In this document: in pieces, positions 1 through 9,339 of the stretch | How positions within the stretch are numbered: the first letter of the stretch is position 1 | How the letters are laid out: each line of letters starts with the position of its first letter | Source of the DNA: a virus | Reading direction: 5' to 3' (one strand) | IMG/VR virus record: IMGVR_UViG_3300027244_000003 | DNA: 64,000 nt | Made by a program: the position numbers and the translations under genes | The notes under the pieces: generated by a model | What the model was told of the DNA's origin: nothing | The model's input: only the letters and a program-made list of their open reading frames with translations | Databases searched by the model: none

Positions 1-34
1 ACAAGACCGATGATTACTGGAACAAGGATTTAAA

Positions 35-250
35 ATGATTACTGATATAAACACACTTGTATTAAAAATAGATGATTTATTAAGTAAAATGCTTGTTGAT
101 CATGACATAGATCCACTACATCTATCATCTATCATTCTTGCTCGTTTGGTAAGGATGAATCAAGAATTTGAAAGTCATGATGACTTTAATAAGATCATGA
201 ATGCAGCAATATTGAAAAGACCTGCTGATCATGAAAGGACACTACAATAA
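35..250 (+). CDS. hypothetical protein
   Basis: 71-aa ORF with AAGGA upstream; stop overlaps next start. Confidence 0.6.
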   Translation: MITDINTLVLKIDDLLSKMLVDHDIDPLHLSSIILARLVRMNQEFESHDDFNKIMNAAILKRPADHERTLQ

Positions 251-468
251 TGTCTTACTCTCGTTGGGGTGGCTCTGCATGGTATGCATTCTACAATGTA
301 AGCGAGTGCCTTAGCCTTTGGTATGATATGGCGCACACGATTGATCATACTTACGATGAGTGTCTTGATTTAACGGTATCGAAGATTATGGAGATTTATG
401 GTTGCACAGAAACAGAAGCACTGGAAGCCATGAACTATGTTAGAAATTTTATTGAGGATAAAGTATGA
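250..468 (+). CDS. hypothetical phage protein
   Basis: 72-aa ORF tightly packed in an operon. Confidence 0.6.
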   Translation: MSYSRWGGSAWYAFYNVSECLSLWYDMAHTIDHTYDECLDLTVSKIMEIYGCTETEALEAMNYVRNFIEDKV

Positions 469-809
469 GTCTTGATGTTGATTTGATGGTTACACAACCA
501 TGCTCTGTTTACAACGCAAACATTACGCACAATCTTAATACGATGGCTGGTGAGGTAAAGTTGTCCAATGGTATGACACTATATCAGGTGCTATGGCGTC
601 CAGATGAGCAGGTTGGATTAAAGTTTGCTCGAGATATCTCAGAGTTGTTAGATGAAGGTTGGAATATTTTGCTTTCCGACCCAGAGAAATATAAGAGATA
701 TAATCCAGAGAATGGTTGGGGTGACTATGAAGGACTCTGTAATTTTGTTTACAAGTATCGTAACGCATGCTGGGATAATCCAGAAGCAGAACTAAGGATA
801 TCAAGATGA
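465..809 (+). CDS. hypothetical phage protein
   Basis: 114 aa, GAGGA SD, ATGA overlap; NITHNL and PENGWG motifs typical of small phage proteins. Confidence 0.7.
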   Translation: MSLDVDLMVTQPCSVYNANITHNLNTMAGEVKLSNGMTLYQVLWRPDEQVGLKFARDISELLDEGWNILLSDPEKYKRYNPENGWGDYEGLCNFVYKYRNACWDNPEAELRISR

Positions 810-1141
810 TCGCATTAAGTATGGACTTTGAAACGGCAGATCGTATCACACGATTGACACTAACTGAGCATCGAGATCTTTTACAATATCAGTTGGATGA
901 ATACTACGCAACACAGGATAGCGAAAATCCTAAGTGGTTACATCCAGAAGATGTTGGTAAGAATCATCTCATGATCAAAAAGATGAATTACATCCTAGAA
1001 TATTATGGTGGAGAATTATATGGCGAATGTAAAGCAAGGAAATATAAAGAGAGCACCTCAATGGTGGAAGCATCTGAGAGACTGGAAGCGTATTTTCTGG
1101 AAGTCGGAAAGAAAAGCGCAGAAGAAAGCCATCCAGAATGA
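806..1141 (+). CDS. hypothetical protein
   Basis: 111-aa ORF, AAGGA SD; its 3' third overlaps a nested ORF. Confidence 0.55.
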   Translation: MIALSMDFETADRITRLTLTEHRDLLQYQLDEYYATQDSENPKWLHPEDVGKNHLMIKKMNYILEYYGGELYGECKARKYKESTSMVEASERLEAYFLEVGKKSAEESHPE

Positions 1142-1154
1142 TTCGAGTAATTAA
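1020..1154 (+). CDS. small basic Trp-rich protein (44 aa, MANVKQGNIKRAPQWWKHLRDWKRIFWKSERKAQKKAIQNDSSN), not in ORF track
   Basis: Translated by hand; GGTGGAG SD 6 nt before ATG. Confidence 0.6.
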   Translation: MANVKQGNIKRAPQWWKHLRDWKRIFWKSERKAQKKAIQNDSSN

Positions 1155-1635
1155 ACATGCCTTACCACTAACACTCATGAAAGAGTGTTTGGTGGAATCG
1201 CAGAAGCAGTTTCTTGGTAAAGAACTAAGGACTAACTGTGGTTGGGGGCAGGAATTGGTGCAGGAAAGTTCACCAGTGTTTATCTACGATCTCCCCGATG
1301 AATCTTTAAAAGAATCGATAGTAAGGGTTATTGGATCTGTGAAAGAAGTTCCAGAATTCACTGATACTAATGTAATGTTCCACTACTGGACTAGAGGTTC
1401 TTATATTCCATGGCATACTGATGAGGGATATAAAGCTGGAATTACAATTTATCTAAATGATACATGGGGTCGTGATGATGGTGGATTATTTCTTTACCGA
1501 GAAAATGATGAGATTAAAGGATTAATTCCAGAGTTTAATATGATGGTAGTTCAGGTTGGAGGAACAGACCACACAGTAACTCCAATTATTCGAGTCGGTG
1601 CAATTCGTGCATCTATTCAAATTTTCTTAAAATAG
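1138..1635 (+). CDS. 2OG-Fe(II) oxygenase, prolyl-4-hydroxylase-like
   Basis: HxD (WHTD), IYLN..W...GGLF, distal His (HTVTP), RxS. Confidence 0.85.
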   Translation: MIRVIKHALPLTLMKECLVESQKQFLGKELRTNCGWGQELVQESSPVFIYDLPDESLKESIVRVIGSVKEVPEFTDTNVMFHYWTRGSYIPWHTDEGYKAGITIYLNDTWGRDDGGLFLYRENDEIKGLIPEFNMMVVQVGGTDHTVTPIIRVGAIRASIQIFLK

Positions 1636-1638
1636 TTG

Positions 1639-1667
1639 TTGTCTTTTATTCGGATCTGGGGTATAAT
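1639..1667 (+). promoter_or_regulatory. sigma70-type early promoter TTGTCT-N17-TATAAT
   Basis: Intergenic, 17-bp spacer; same AGTTGTTGTCTTT context as at 12724. Confidence 0.7.
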
Positions 1668-1673
1668 ATAAGT

Positions 1674-2267
1674 ATGAAAGAACATATTGTAAACAAAGAA
1701 AACATATTCATCATGGGCTGGTATATTGATCCAGCACTGTGCGATATGCTAATCGAGTATTATAATTTTAATCCACATAAGTGGGAAGATGGTGTTACTA
1801 AGTCAGGTGATGTAGATCATTCTATTAAACACTCGACTGATTTACATTTAAACATCGATGAATTAATGCAAATGCAATATGCCAATGCATTACAAGAATG
1901 TGTTGCGTTATACATGGAAAAATGGAAAACTTCTGGGATGACTGGTGTTCTGCCAGTAGAAGGTATGAATATACAAAAGTATCCTGCTGGTGGTGGATTT
2001 AAAACATGGCACTTTGAAAGATCTAAAGCAAGTGAACCAAATTGCAATAGACACTTAGTGTTTATGACTTATCTAAATGATGTAGCAGAAGGTGGTGGAA
2101 CAGAATTTGCCCACCAACGTGAAGTGCGTGGTACAACTGCATTAAAAGCAGAAAAGGGTTTAACAGTAATTTGGCCAGCAGACTGGACACATACACATAG
2201 GGGCATTGTTGCTCCGAATGAAGAAAAAATTATCGCAACTGGATGGTTGCACTTAACTGAGAAATGA
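1674..2267 (+). CDS. 2OG-Fe(II) oxygenase
   Basis: WHFE, FMTYLNDV..GG.TEF, WPADWTHTHRG, K.IATGW. Confidence 0.85.
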   Translation: MKEHIVNKENIFIMGWYIDPALCDMLIEYYNFNPHKWEDGVTKSGDVDHSIKHSTDLHLNIDELMQMQYANALQECVALYMEKWKTSGMTGVLPVEGMNIQKYPAGGGFKTWHFERSKASEPNCNRHLVFMTYLNDVAEGGGTEFAHQREVRGTTALKAEKGLTVIWPADWTHTHRGIVAPNEEKIIATGWLHLTEK

Positions 2268-3154
2268 AAATGAAAATCGCAATTTGTTCTGATGTACATT
2301 TAGAATTCGGTGACCTTATGTTACAAAACACTGAGGGTGCGGAAGTGCTTGTGCTTAGTGGTGACATCATGGTTACTGCTGATCTTGGCAAACCAGATCC
2401 ACACAACTTCTTAGAAGGTGCTAAGAGTCAGAGATTTATTGACTTCTTTAAGCGTTGCTCATTCCAGTTTCCCCATGTTGTTTATGTTATGGGTAATCAT
2501 GAGCACTACCATGGTGATTACGCCATTAGTGCAAGCAAAATTCGTACTATGTTAAAAGATCATAGTTTAGACAATGTTCACTTTCTTGAAAAACAAGTTT
2601 GGGATCATGGTGACTATCGTTTTGTCGGTGGAACACTCTGGACTGATATGAATGGTGAAGATGGCATGACCATGCAACATGTGTCACGTCGTATGAATGA
2701 CTTTCAGATTTGTGAAAACAGTAATCGAGAGGTCAACTACAGAGTATTTGATGCTGATGATGCTGACAATAAGAAAGTTAAATTTAAGACTCGCCCAGCA
2801 ACTTTGTCTCCAGAAGATGTAGTCGAAGATCATAAAGCAATGTTGACTCTGATTGATGAAACATACAAAGTCACTCCTCCATGGATGACAATGGTTGTTG
2901 TTGGTCATCATGCTCCAAGCAAAGGTTCTGAGCATCCACGTTACAAGCATGATCAATTGATGAATGGTGCATACAATTCTAGACTTGAAGATTTTATTCT
3001 TGCTCGTCCAGGAATTAAATTGTGGACTCATGGTCATACTCACGAAGACTTTGATTATATGATTGGTAGCACTCGTGTTGTTTGCAATCCTCGTGGTTAC
3101 ATCAACTACGAAGAACGTGCTGATCGATTTGAACTAAAGGTAGTTGGAGTATGA
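2264..3154 (+). CDS. calcineurin-like metallophosphoesterase
   Basis: SDVH, GD, GNHE, HH, HGHTH motifs. Confidence 0.9.
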   Translation: MKMKIAICSDVHLEFGDLMLQNTEGAEVLVLSGDIMVTADLGKPDPHNFLEGAKSQRFIDFFKRCSFQFPHVVYVMGNHEHYHGDYAISASKIRTMLKDHSLDNVHFLEKQVWDHGDYRFVGGTLWTDMNGEDGMTMQHVSRRMNDFQICENSNREVNYRVFDADDADNKKVKFKTRPATLSPEDVVEDHKAMLTLIDETYKVTPPWMTMVVVGHHAPSKGSEHPRYKHDQLMNGAYNSRLEDFILARPGIKLWTHGHTHEDFDYMIGSTRVVCNPRGYINYEERADRFELKVVGV

Positions 3155-3312
3155 ATGTGCAACGCTATGTTAGAGATGTTACATTTGAGTGTGACAACCT
3201 TACATTGTGGGAAGGTATGTTACTCAAGGATATTGTCGAAGCATTATCAAAAGGAAAAAAAGTCAAAATTGAAACCGATGAAGAATTTGAAGCGAGAATA
3301 AAGCATGAGTGA
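3151..3312 (+). CDS. hypothetical 53-aa protein (not in ORF track)
   Basis: Fills the gap, overlapping both neighbours; MNVQRYVRDV... Confidence 0.55.
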   Translation: MNVQRYVRDVTFECDNLTLWEGMLLKDIVEALSKGKKVKIETDEEFEARIKHE

Positions 3313-3640
3313 TTACAGACCAGACAAGTGGGTGATTGTTAAGATTACCTCTGACAAATATCCACCAGTCCATAAGGTGTTTGCCTGTTGGTATGGTGGA
3401 TATCTTGGCTCTGATTCTTGGAAACTAAACAGTGGTATTACCAAGGCTACTCTTGAAGGATATGTTTATTCCTTTGAGGGTAGTTCTGGTTCTATCTATG
3501 AATGCCATGAAGATTCTTATGGAACAAATTTTTATGGTAGTGGTGTTCTTCAGAATATGATTGATAAGGCTGCATCGATTGGTGCCACTATTGAAATTCT
3601 TCCAGAAGAAACAAATTGGTTAGAGATAAATTATGAATAA
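3305..3640 (+). CDS. hypothetical phage protein
   Basis: 111 aa, W.GGYL.SDSWKLNSGI motif seen in phage proteins. Confidence 0.7.
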   Translation: MSDYRPDKWVIVKITSDKYPPVHKVFACWYGGYLGSDSWKLNSGITKATLEGYVYSFEGSSGSIYECHEDSYGTNFYGSGVLQNMIDKAASIGATIEILPEETNWLEINYE

Positions 3641-3827
3641 TCATTGGACAATTACACTTGAAGAAGATCCCGCAACAGGAGATCTGATTATGCCATTCAC
3701 ACCTGATATGTTACGTCAGGTTGGATGGGATCTTGGCGACACGCTAATTTGGGAAGATATGGGCAATGGCTCATGGACATTAACTAAAAAGGAAATTGAT
3801 AATGCCGAAATTCACACTGATAGCTGA
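3633..3827 (+). CDS. AbrB/MazE-like small DNA-binding protein
   Basis: GDLIMPF.PDML.QVGW..GDTL.W pattern of swapped-hairpin folds. Confidence 0.55.
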   Translation: MNNHWTITLEEDPATGDLIMPFTPDMLRQVGWDLGDTLIWEDMGNGSWTLTKKEIDNAEIHTDS

Positions 3828-4131
3828 ACACACAGACATATATGGAGAACCAGATGGTACTAAAGTGAACTATGAATTTCATGGTACATATTTACCAGAA
3901 ATTCTAGAACATGTTGACTTATTCCTTAAAGGATGCGGTTTCAATCCAACTGGGACTCTTGACTATGTTCCTGATGAAGAATATTATGGTATACCATCTG
4001 ACACAGAAGAATCAACATGGAATGATCATGGTGGTGGATCAACCATGGCAGATTATCCAGAATTGTATGATGAACAAGATTTAGTTAAAACAAAATCTAA
4101 ACACTACTTTGATACTGAGAGGAATAAATGA
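3802..4131 (+). CDS. hypothetical acidic protein
   Basis: ATG at 3802 with AAGGA SD. Confidence 0.6.
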   Translation: MPKFTLIAEHTDIYGEPDGTKVNYEFHGTYLPEILEHVDLFLKGCGFNPTGTLDYVPDEEYYGIPSDTEESTWNDHGGGSTMADYPELYDEQDLVKTKSKHYFDTERNK

Positions 4132-4499
4132 TGGGAATGCCACTTGATGTCATGATGTTTCAACAAGCATGCGATCAACAACCTTCAGAGAATAATGCAT
4201 CATTATACATTAAACTGATTGAAGAAGAATATAAAGAATTTGTTGAAGCATGCAATAATGCTGATGAAGTAGAATCTCTTGATGCATGTATGGATATGAT
4301 CTGGGTAATTCTGGGATATTGTCATATGAAACAACATAATGTTGCTGGCGCATGGGATGAAGTGCTTCGTAGCAATATGGCGAAAGTAGATCCGCTTAGT
4401 GGCAAGGTGCGTCGTCGTGAAGATGGCAAAATTCTTAAACCAGAAGGCTGGAAACCACCTAATTTAACAAAATTTGTGAAAAACCTTGAAAATAATTGA
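4128..4499 (+). CDS. MazG-like / PRA-PH-like NTP pyrophosphohydrolase
   Basis: EEYKE...DACMD, SNMAK, GKILKP motifs. Confidence 0.8.
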   Translation: MMGMPLDVMMFQQACDQQPSENNASLYIKLIEEEYKEFVEACNNADEVESLDACMDMIWVILGYCHMKQHNVAGAWDEVLRSNMAKVDPLSGKVRRREDGKILKPEGWKPPNLTKFVKNLENN

Positions 4500-4514
4500 A
4501 ATTTGCGGTATAAT
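4486..4514 (+). promoter_or_regulatory. sigma70-type promoter TTGAAA-N17-TATAAT
   Basis: 17-bp spacer; ATG 4521 follows the -10 box after 6 nt. Confidence 0.6.
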
Positions 4515-4520
4515 TACATT

Positions 4521-5045
4521 ATGATTACACTTTACTTAGACATGGATGGCGTGCTTTGCAACTTTGACAAGGCATATCGCAAACTAGACCCAGAAAAAGT
4601 CGATCGAAAGAAATTTCGTGAGGCTGTTTTCACATATAAAATATTCGAAGATCTGGAATTTATGCCAGATACCACAGAATTAATGAACTATGTGTCAAAA
4701 CTTGAAGGAATTACCATTGAAATTCTCACTTCAATGGGTACTTACGATGCAATTCAAGGAAATCACGCAAGAAGCCAAAAATTACACTGGTTGAACAAGT
4801 ATAATATTCCTTACAAAGCAAATTTTGTTCGAGCCAAACAAGAAAAAGCCAATTTTGCTCATGATCGTGCGATTTTAGTTGATGATTCCATCGGTTGTAT
4901 CACTCCATTCAATGCAAAAGGCGGTCACGGCATTCTTCACACAAAATCTACTGATACGATCCAACAAATTCATGATACCATTCGTGGAATTCGTGGGTTA
5001 CATGCATTAAAATTTGGATACGACTCAATGGGTTCTTATGCTTGA
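4521..5045 (+). CDS. HAD-family 5'(3')-deoxyribonucleotidase-like protein
   Basis: DMDGVL motif I, ILTS, K, LVDD motif IV. Confidence 0.85.
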   Translation: MITLYLDMDGVLCNFDKAYRKLDPEKVDRKKFREAVFTYKIFEDLEFMPDTTELMNYVSKLEGITIEILTSMGTYDAIQGNHARSQKLHWLNKYNIPYKANFVRAKQEKANFAHDRAILVDDSIGCITPFNAKGGHGILHTKSTDTIQQIHDTIRGIRGLHALKFGYDSMGSYA

Positions 5046-5328
5046 TATTTTTGGACCAACCTTTCAATGGATAAAAGATGATTATCGATCCCATCCCTTT
5101 CGTTTTGCTGTTGAGTTGCTTGCTTGGGCTATTAGCATTGGTTGTGCGATCACTATGGCTGTCACAGTTCCCAATCCCCCTTTATTGGCTCTTTATCCTG
5201 TTTGGATCTCTGGTTGTGCCATGTACGCTTGGGCTGCTTATACTAGGAAATCATTTGGCATGCTTGTTAACTACCTCTTGTTAGTAGCAATTGATATGTT
5301 TGGTTTGTTTCGGATGCTTACTCAGTGA
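5038..5328 (+). CDS. small membrane protein (about 3 TM segments)
   Basis: Hydrophobic stretches; ATG 5038. Confidence 0.65.
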   Translation: MLDIFGPTFQWIKDDYRSHPFRFAVELLAWAISIGCAITMAVTVPNPPLLALYPVWISGCAMYAWAAYTRKSFGMLVNYLLLVAIDMFGLFRMLTQ

Positions 5329-5936
5329 ATATATTTTATCTTCACGAAGATACTAAAGAATGTGCAAAACAACATCTTGACAAACATGTCGTTAAGATGA
5401 TTCTAGAATACGCACAACTTTTGTCCACTGCTCATCGTCTTCTTGATGGGTATGAGTATGAAGGTAAGTCTATTTCTGGTCGCAAAGCAATGCGATGGAA
5501 ATTAGATGATTCTCGTGAAGATAATTTGTATCTTGCATCGCATATGAAACACCCATCTGGTATTTGGTGTCGTCAATCACAAGATAATTATTGGTGGTTA
5601 TATAATCTGTGGCGAGATCTTATGAAAGAATATACATTTCGTTATGGTAAGCATCATGTCGCAGAAAGATTGATTCCATTCTTATCTTTTGCGCCAACTA
5701 ATATAACAGAAAGTATTGCAACTCCAATGCCACAGTGCATGCCAGAGCAATATAAAGTACCAACTGATTCTATTCAAGCATACCACAACTACTATATTAA
5801 TGACAAACAACCATTTGCTGTTTGGACAAATAGACCAATTCCAGAGTGGTATGTTTGTGAGTGGAAAAATAGAAACCACAAAGCAGTATATCAAAAACAA
5901 AACGATAAAATAAAATTTAGAATGGTTCCTGCTTAA
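5325..5936 (+). CDS. pyrimidine-dimer DNA glycosylase (DenV)-related protein
   Basis: MNIFYL...DKHVVKMILEYAQLLSTAH, HPS..W, PQCMP, AY..YY motifs. Confidence 0.75.
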   Translation: MNIFYLHEDTKECAKQHLDKHVVKMILEYAQLLSTAHRLLDGYEYEGKSISGRKAMRWKLDDSREDNLYLASHMKHPSGIWCRQSQDNYWWLYNLWRDLMKEYTFRYGKHHVAERLIPFLSFAPTNITESIATPMPQCMPEQYKVPTDSIQAYHNYYINDKQPFAVWTNRPIPEWYVCEWKNRNHKAVYQKQNDKIKFRMVPA

Positions 5937-6539
5937 ATGCAATACATAAATTTATTTCCAACACCATTGTTTATTGATGATCAATTAGTCCTTGCAAAAG
6001 AAATTCTACCTGTCGCTGAAGATTATATAAACCAACATGGTATTAAATATCTTGGACAGGAATCGTACGATTCTACTTATAGCATTAACTCTGCATCACT
6101 TTTGCAACAAAATGATTTTAGATTAAATAAACTTAATAATTATATAAGCACTGTCTCTAGAAAATACTTTGCAGATAATTGTATAGATTCTAGTATGTGG
6201 ACTCTTAAACCATATTATCTGTTTAATAAAATAAAAGCAGGTGGCACTCATCAAGCGCATACCCATCCAGGATCTATACTTTCTGGATGTTTTTATTTAA
6301 AAGTCCCACAGAATTCTCCACCAATAATTTTTAATGATCCCAGAGTTTACTGGAAATTTATACATTATGCTATTAATTTCGGGAGACCCCGAGAAGATTA
6401 TAAATTACTACCTGAGTATGTGATTAATCCGATCGAAGGAACATTTTTAATGTGGCCAAGTTGGTTAGAGCACCAAGTACCTACAAGTATTAGTTCTGAA
6501 GAGCGAATTTGTGTCGCTTTCAATCTTAATCCGAACTAA
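5937..6539 (+). CDS. putative 2OG-Fe(II) oxygenase (TIGR02466-like)
   Basis: LFPTP, HTH, LSGCFYL, F.DPR, WPSWLEH.V, RICVAFN. Confidence 0.85.
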   Translation: MQYINLFPTPLFIDDQLVLAKEILPVAEDYINQHGIKYLGQESYDSTYSINSASLLQQNDFRLNKLNNYISTVSRKYFADNCIDSSMWTLKPYYLFNKIKAGGTHQAHTHPGSILSGCFYLKVPQNSPPIIFNDPRVYWKFIHYAINFGRPREDYKLLPEYVINPIEGTFLMWPSWLEHQVPTSISSEERICVAFNLNPN

Positions 6540-6558
6540 ATAAAACGAAGGAGTTATT

Positions 6559-6807
6559 ATGCCAACTTATGTATTTCGTAATAAAGAAACTGGTGAACAG
6601 TTTGAAAAATTGATGAAGATCTCAGAACTCGACTCATTCAGAGCCGACAATCCCCAATTAGAAACAGTAATTCAAGCAGTGTCATTTGGAGATCCCACTA
6701 AATTAAGTTCAACACGTAAATTTGATACTGGATTTAAAGAAGTCCTACAAAGGATACATGAAAAAACTCCAGGAAGTCAATTAGATAAGTCATCTTCACA
6801 ACTATAA
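6559..6807 (+). CDS. FmdB-like small regulatory protein (Cys-less)
   Basis: MPTY.F....TGE.FE N-terminus; AAGGAG SD; CTAAATA at 6536; precedes phoH as in T4-like phages. Confidence 0.65.
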   Translation: MPTYVFRNKETGEQFEKLMKISELDSFRADNPQLETVIQAVSFGDPTKLSSTRKFDTGFKEVLQRIHEKTPGSQLDKSSSQL

Positions 6808-6816
6808 GGAATTCTA

Positions 6817-7584
6817 ATGGCTCGTACCACAGCAGCAAAAAAAGTAATAGATCTACATAATGAAGAACGTGAGTCAAAGCCAGTTGCTAGTAATCAATTA
6901 AAATTACGATTAGATAATTTAAAAACATTTCAACCATTAACAGATAATCAAAAAAAATTCTTCGATGCTTATAAACTAGGTGACTACTTTATAGCATTGC
7001 ATGGTGTCGCAGGAACAGGTAAAACTTTTATCGCACTTTATAAAGCAATAGAAGAAGTTCTCGATAAAAATAATCCATTCAATAAAATTATTGTAGTTCG
7101 ATCTGCAGTACAATCACGTGAGATGGGACATCTTCCAGGAGATGTAGGTGAGAAGATGGAAATCTATGAACAACCTTATCGTCAAATCTGTCACCAGTTT
7201 TTTGATCGCAAAGATGCATGGGATCGTTTAGAAGAACAGGGTCATATTAGTTTTATCTCTACATCTTTTATTCGTGGTATGTCATTTGATAATGCTATTA
7301 TTATTGTTGATGAGATGCAGAACTTAACTTATGAAGAGATTGATACAGTTATGACTCGTGTGGGACATATGTCTAAAATTCTTTGGTGTGGTGATTATCG
7401 TCAAACTGATCTAAATAAGAAACGTAATGATATGTCAGGTATTCTTAAATTCTTTGATATCGCTCAGCATATGAAAGCATTTACTCGTATTGAGTTTACT
7501 GTAGACGATATTGTTCGGTCATCCTTAGTCAAGGATTATATTTTGGCTAAACTAAAATACGAAGATTACGAGGACAGAAAATGA
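6817..7584 (+). CDS. phoH: PhoH-family ATPase
   Basis: GVAGTGKT Walker A, GHLPG, IRGMSF, VDEMQN, GDYRQTDL, DIVRS. Confidence 0.95.
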   Translation: MARTTAAKKVIDLHNEERESKPVASNQLKLRLDNLKTFQPLTDNQKKFFDAYKLGDYFIALHGVAGTGKTFIALYKAIEEVLDKNNPFNKIIVVRSAVQSREMGHLPGDVGEKMEIYEQPYRQICHQFFDRKDAWDRLEEQGHISFISTSFIRGMSFDNAIIIVDEMQNLTYEEIDTVMTRVGHMSKILWCGDYRQTDLNKKRNDMSGILKFFDIAQHMKAFTRIEFTVDDIVRSSLVKDYILAKLKYEDYEDRK

Positions 7585-8201
7585 TAACATCAGAACAATT
7601 TCACCATCTATTTCCAAGAGCACAAGACCCAACATCATGGGCAGAGTCTATGTGTAATGTATTTCCAACATATGATATAACAACACCAAAACGTGTGGCA
7701 GCATTCCTCGCTCAGTGCGGTCATGAGTCTGGTGGTTGGACAGTGTTTGAAGAAAACCTTAACTATTCAGCACAAGGATTAAATGGTATCTTCAAGAAGT
7801 ATTTTCCTACACTTGAATCTGCACAACCTTATGCACGCAAACCAGAAATGATTGCCAATAAGATCTATGCTAATCGTATGGGTAATGGCGCACCAGAATC
7901 AGGTGATGGATATAGGTTTCGTGGTCGTGGACCAATTCAACTAACTGGTCGTGCAAACTATACAGCATTTGCTAAAGAGATGTTTGAAGACTGGCAGAAT
8001 GTGGTAGATAATCCTGACTGGGTTACTGCTGATCGTGATTTTGCTCTTATGTCAGCTATTTGGTTCTGGAATAAAAATGGACTAAACAAAGAAGCAGACG
8101 CAGGTGATCTAAAATTAATGACCAAAAAGATTAATGGTGGTTACATTGGACTTGAAGATCGCATTAAACATTATAATGAGTGTATTGATTTACTTACCTA
8201 A
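7581..8201 (+). CDS. GH19 chitinase/lysozyme-like endolysin
   Basis: FLAQCGHESGG, ENLNYS, FRGRGPIQLTGRANY, SAIWFW, INGG..GLEDR. Confidence 0.9.
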   Translation: MITSEQFHHLFPRAQDPTSWAESMCNVFPTYDITTPKRVAAFLAQCGHESGGWTVFEENLNYSAQGLNGIFKKYFPTLESAQPYARKPEMIANKIYANRMGNGAPESGDGYRFRGRGPIQLTGRANYTAFAKEMFEDWQNVVDNPDWVTADRDFALMSAIWFWNKNGLNKEADAGDLKLMTKKINGGYIGLEDRIKHYNECIDLLT

Positions 8202-8851
8202 TGCCAACATTTATACATCATGATCTTCCCAAATTGGAACGTACCGACTCTAACCAAGTTAGACTTTACAAAACCCCGTCGGGTCGAGCCTATCCAAGCA
8301 TCACCACCATTACAGGACTCCACTCAAAACAAGGAATCCTCGAATGGCGAAAAAGAGTCGGAGAAGCAGAAGCAAATAGAATCTCCAGCCAAGCAAGTAA
8401 ACGTGGAACAAAAGTCCATGGATATTGTGAATCATATCTCCGCAGTGAACTCTGTGAACCTGACACGTTCGATTCAGAGATATTTGGAAGAATTAGACCC
8501 TACCTCGAAAAAATAGATAACATACATGCATTAGAAACACCATTGTATTCTGATCATCTTGAGGTTGCTGGGACTGTTGATTGTATTGCTGAGTATGAAG
8601 GTAAACTTTCAGTTATTGATTTTAAAACTTCAAGCAAACCAAAGACTAGAGATCACATCCATGGCTATTTTATGCAGACTGCAGCATATGCTGTGGCATT
8701 CGAAGAACTAACAGGAATTCCAGTAGGAAGACTGGTTATCATAATGGGTATAGACGATAATCCGACAAAAATATTTGTCGAAAAAAGAGATGACTGGATC
8801 GATGGATTTAAAAGTCTAAGATTAGAATATAAAAGTAAACATGGAATCTAA
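8201..8851 (+). CDS. PD-(D/E)XK exonuclease (Cas4/RecB-like, T4-like phage exonuclease)
   Basis: YPSITT, RGTKVH, AGTVD, IDFKTS, Q..AYA. Confidence 0.85.
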   Translation: MPTFIHHDLPKLERTDSNQVRLYKTPSGRAYPSITTITGLHSKQGILEWRKRVGEAEANRISSQASKRGTKVHGYCESYLRSELCEPDTFDSEIFGRIRPYLEKIDNIHALETPLYSDHLEVAGTVDCIAEYEGKLSVIDFKTSSKPKTRDHIHGYFMQTAAYAVAFEELTGIPVGRLVIIMGIDDNPTKIFVEKRDDWIDGFKSLRLEYKSKHGI

Positions 8852-9308
8852 TATTAATTTTTTTGAGCATGTATTATCTAATGATGACTGTCAGACATTA
8901 ATAAATTATTTACTAAATGATACTCCATCAGCAGTTTCATTAGATTATAATAATTTAAAAAGAACACGAGTATTAGAGCATTACATTGTTATTGATCTAA
9001 GTAAAAAATTAAATATCAATTTTGATCGAGCGTTTTTAATGCATTATAATGCAGGAATTGGTTCCGTATTACATAATGATAACTATTCGATTGAAGAATC
9101 ACGAGAAGTATTTAATGCATGGAAATCTTCTGCTGTTGTGTTTTTAAATCAAGAATTCGATGGTGGAGAATTGATTTATCCAAATCAGGGGATTACTATA
9201 AAACCAGTAACAGGTAATATGGTAATTGCACCAGCAGATGAAAGCGCACCACACTTCGTGAGTCCATCATCTTCAGATAGATATGTATTAGTATTAAGAA
9301 TTATTTGA
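8841..9308 (+). CDS. 2OG-Fe(II) oxygenase
   Basis: LHND, VVFLN..FDGGEL, H.V, RY motifs. Confidence 0.8.
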   Translation: MESNINFFEHVLSNDDCQTLINYLLNDTPSAVSLDYNNLKRTRVLEHYIVIDLSKKLNINFDRAFLMHYNAGIGSVLHNDNYSIEESREVFNAWKSSAVVFLNQEFDGGELIYPNQGITIKPVTGNMVIAPADESAPHFVSPSSSDRYVLVLRII

Positions 9309-9333
9309 CACGTAAGAATATATAATGTATAAT
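9305..9333 (+). promoter_or_regulatory. perfect consensus sigma70 promoter driving the tmRNA
   Basis: TTGACA 9305-9310, 17 nt, TATAAT 9328-9333. Confidence 0.85.
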
Positions 9334-9339
9334 TGTGAT

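Noticed and set aside
6817-7584. phoH as a novelty
   Set aside because: Very common in aquatic T4-like phages
8201-8851. CRISPR-associated Cas4
   Set aside because: No array, no other cas genes and no four-Cys cluster pattern; standard T4-like exonuclease
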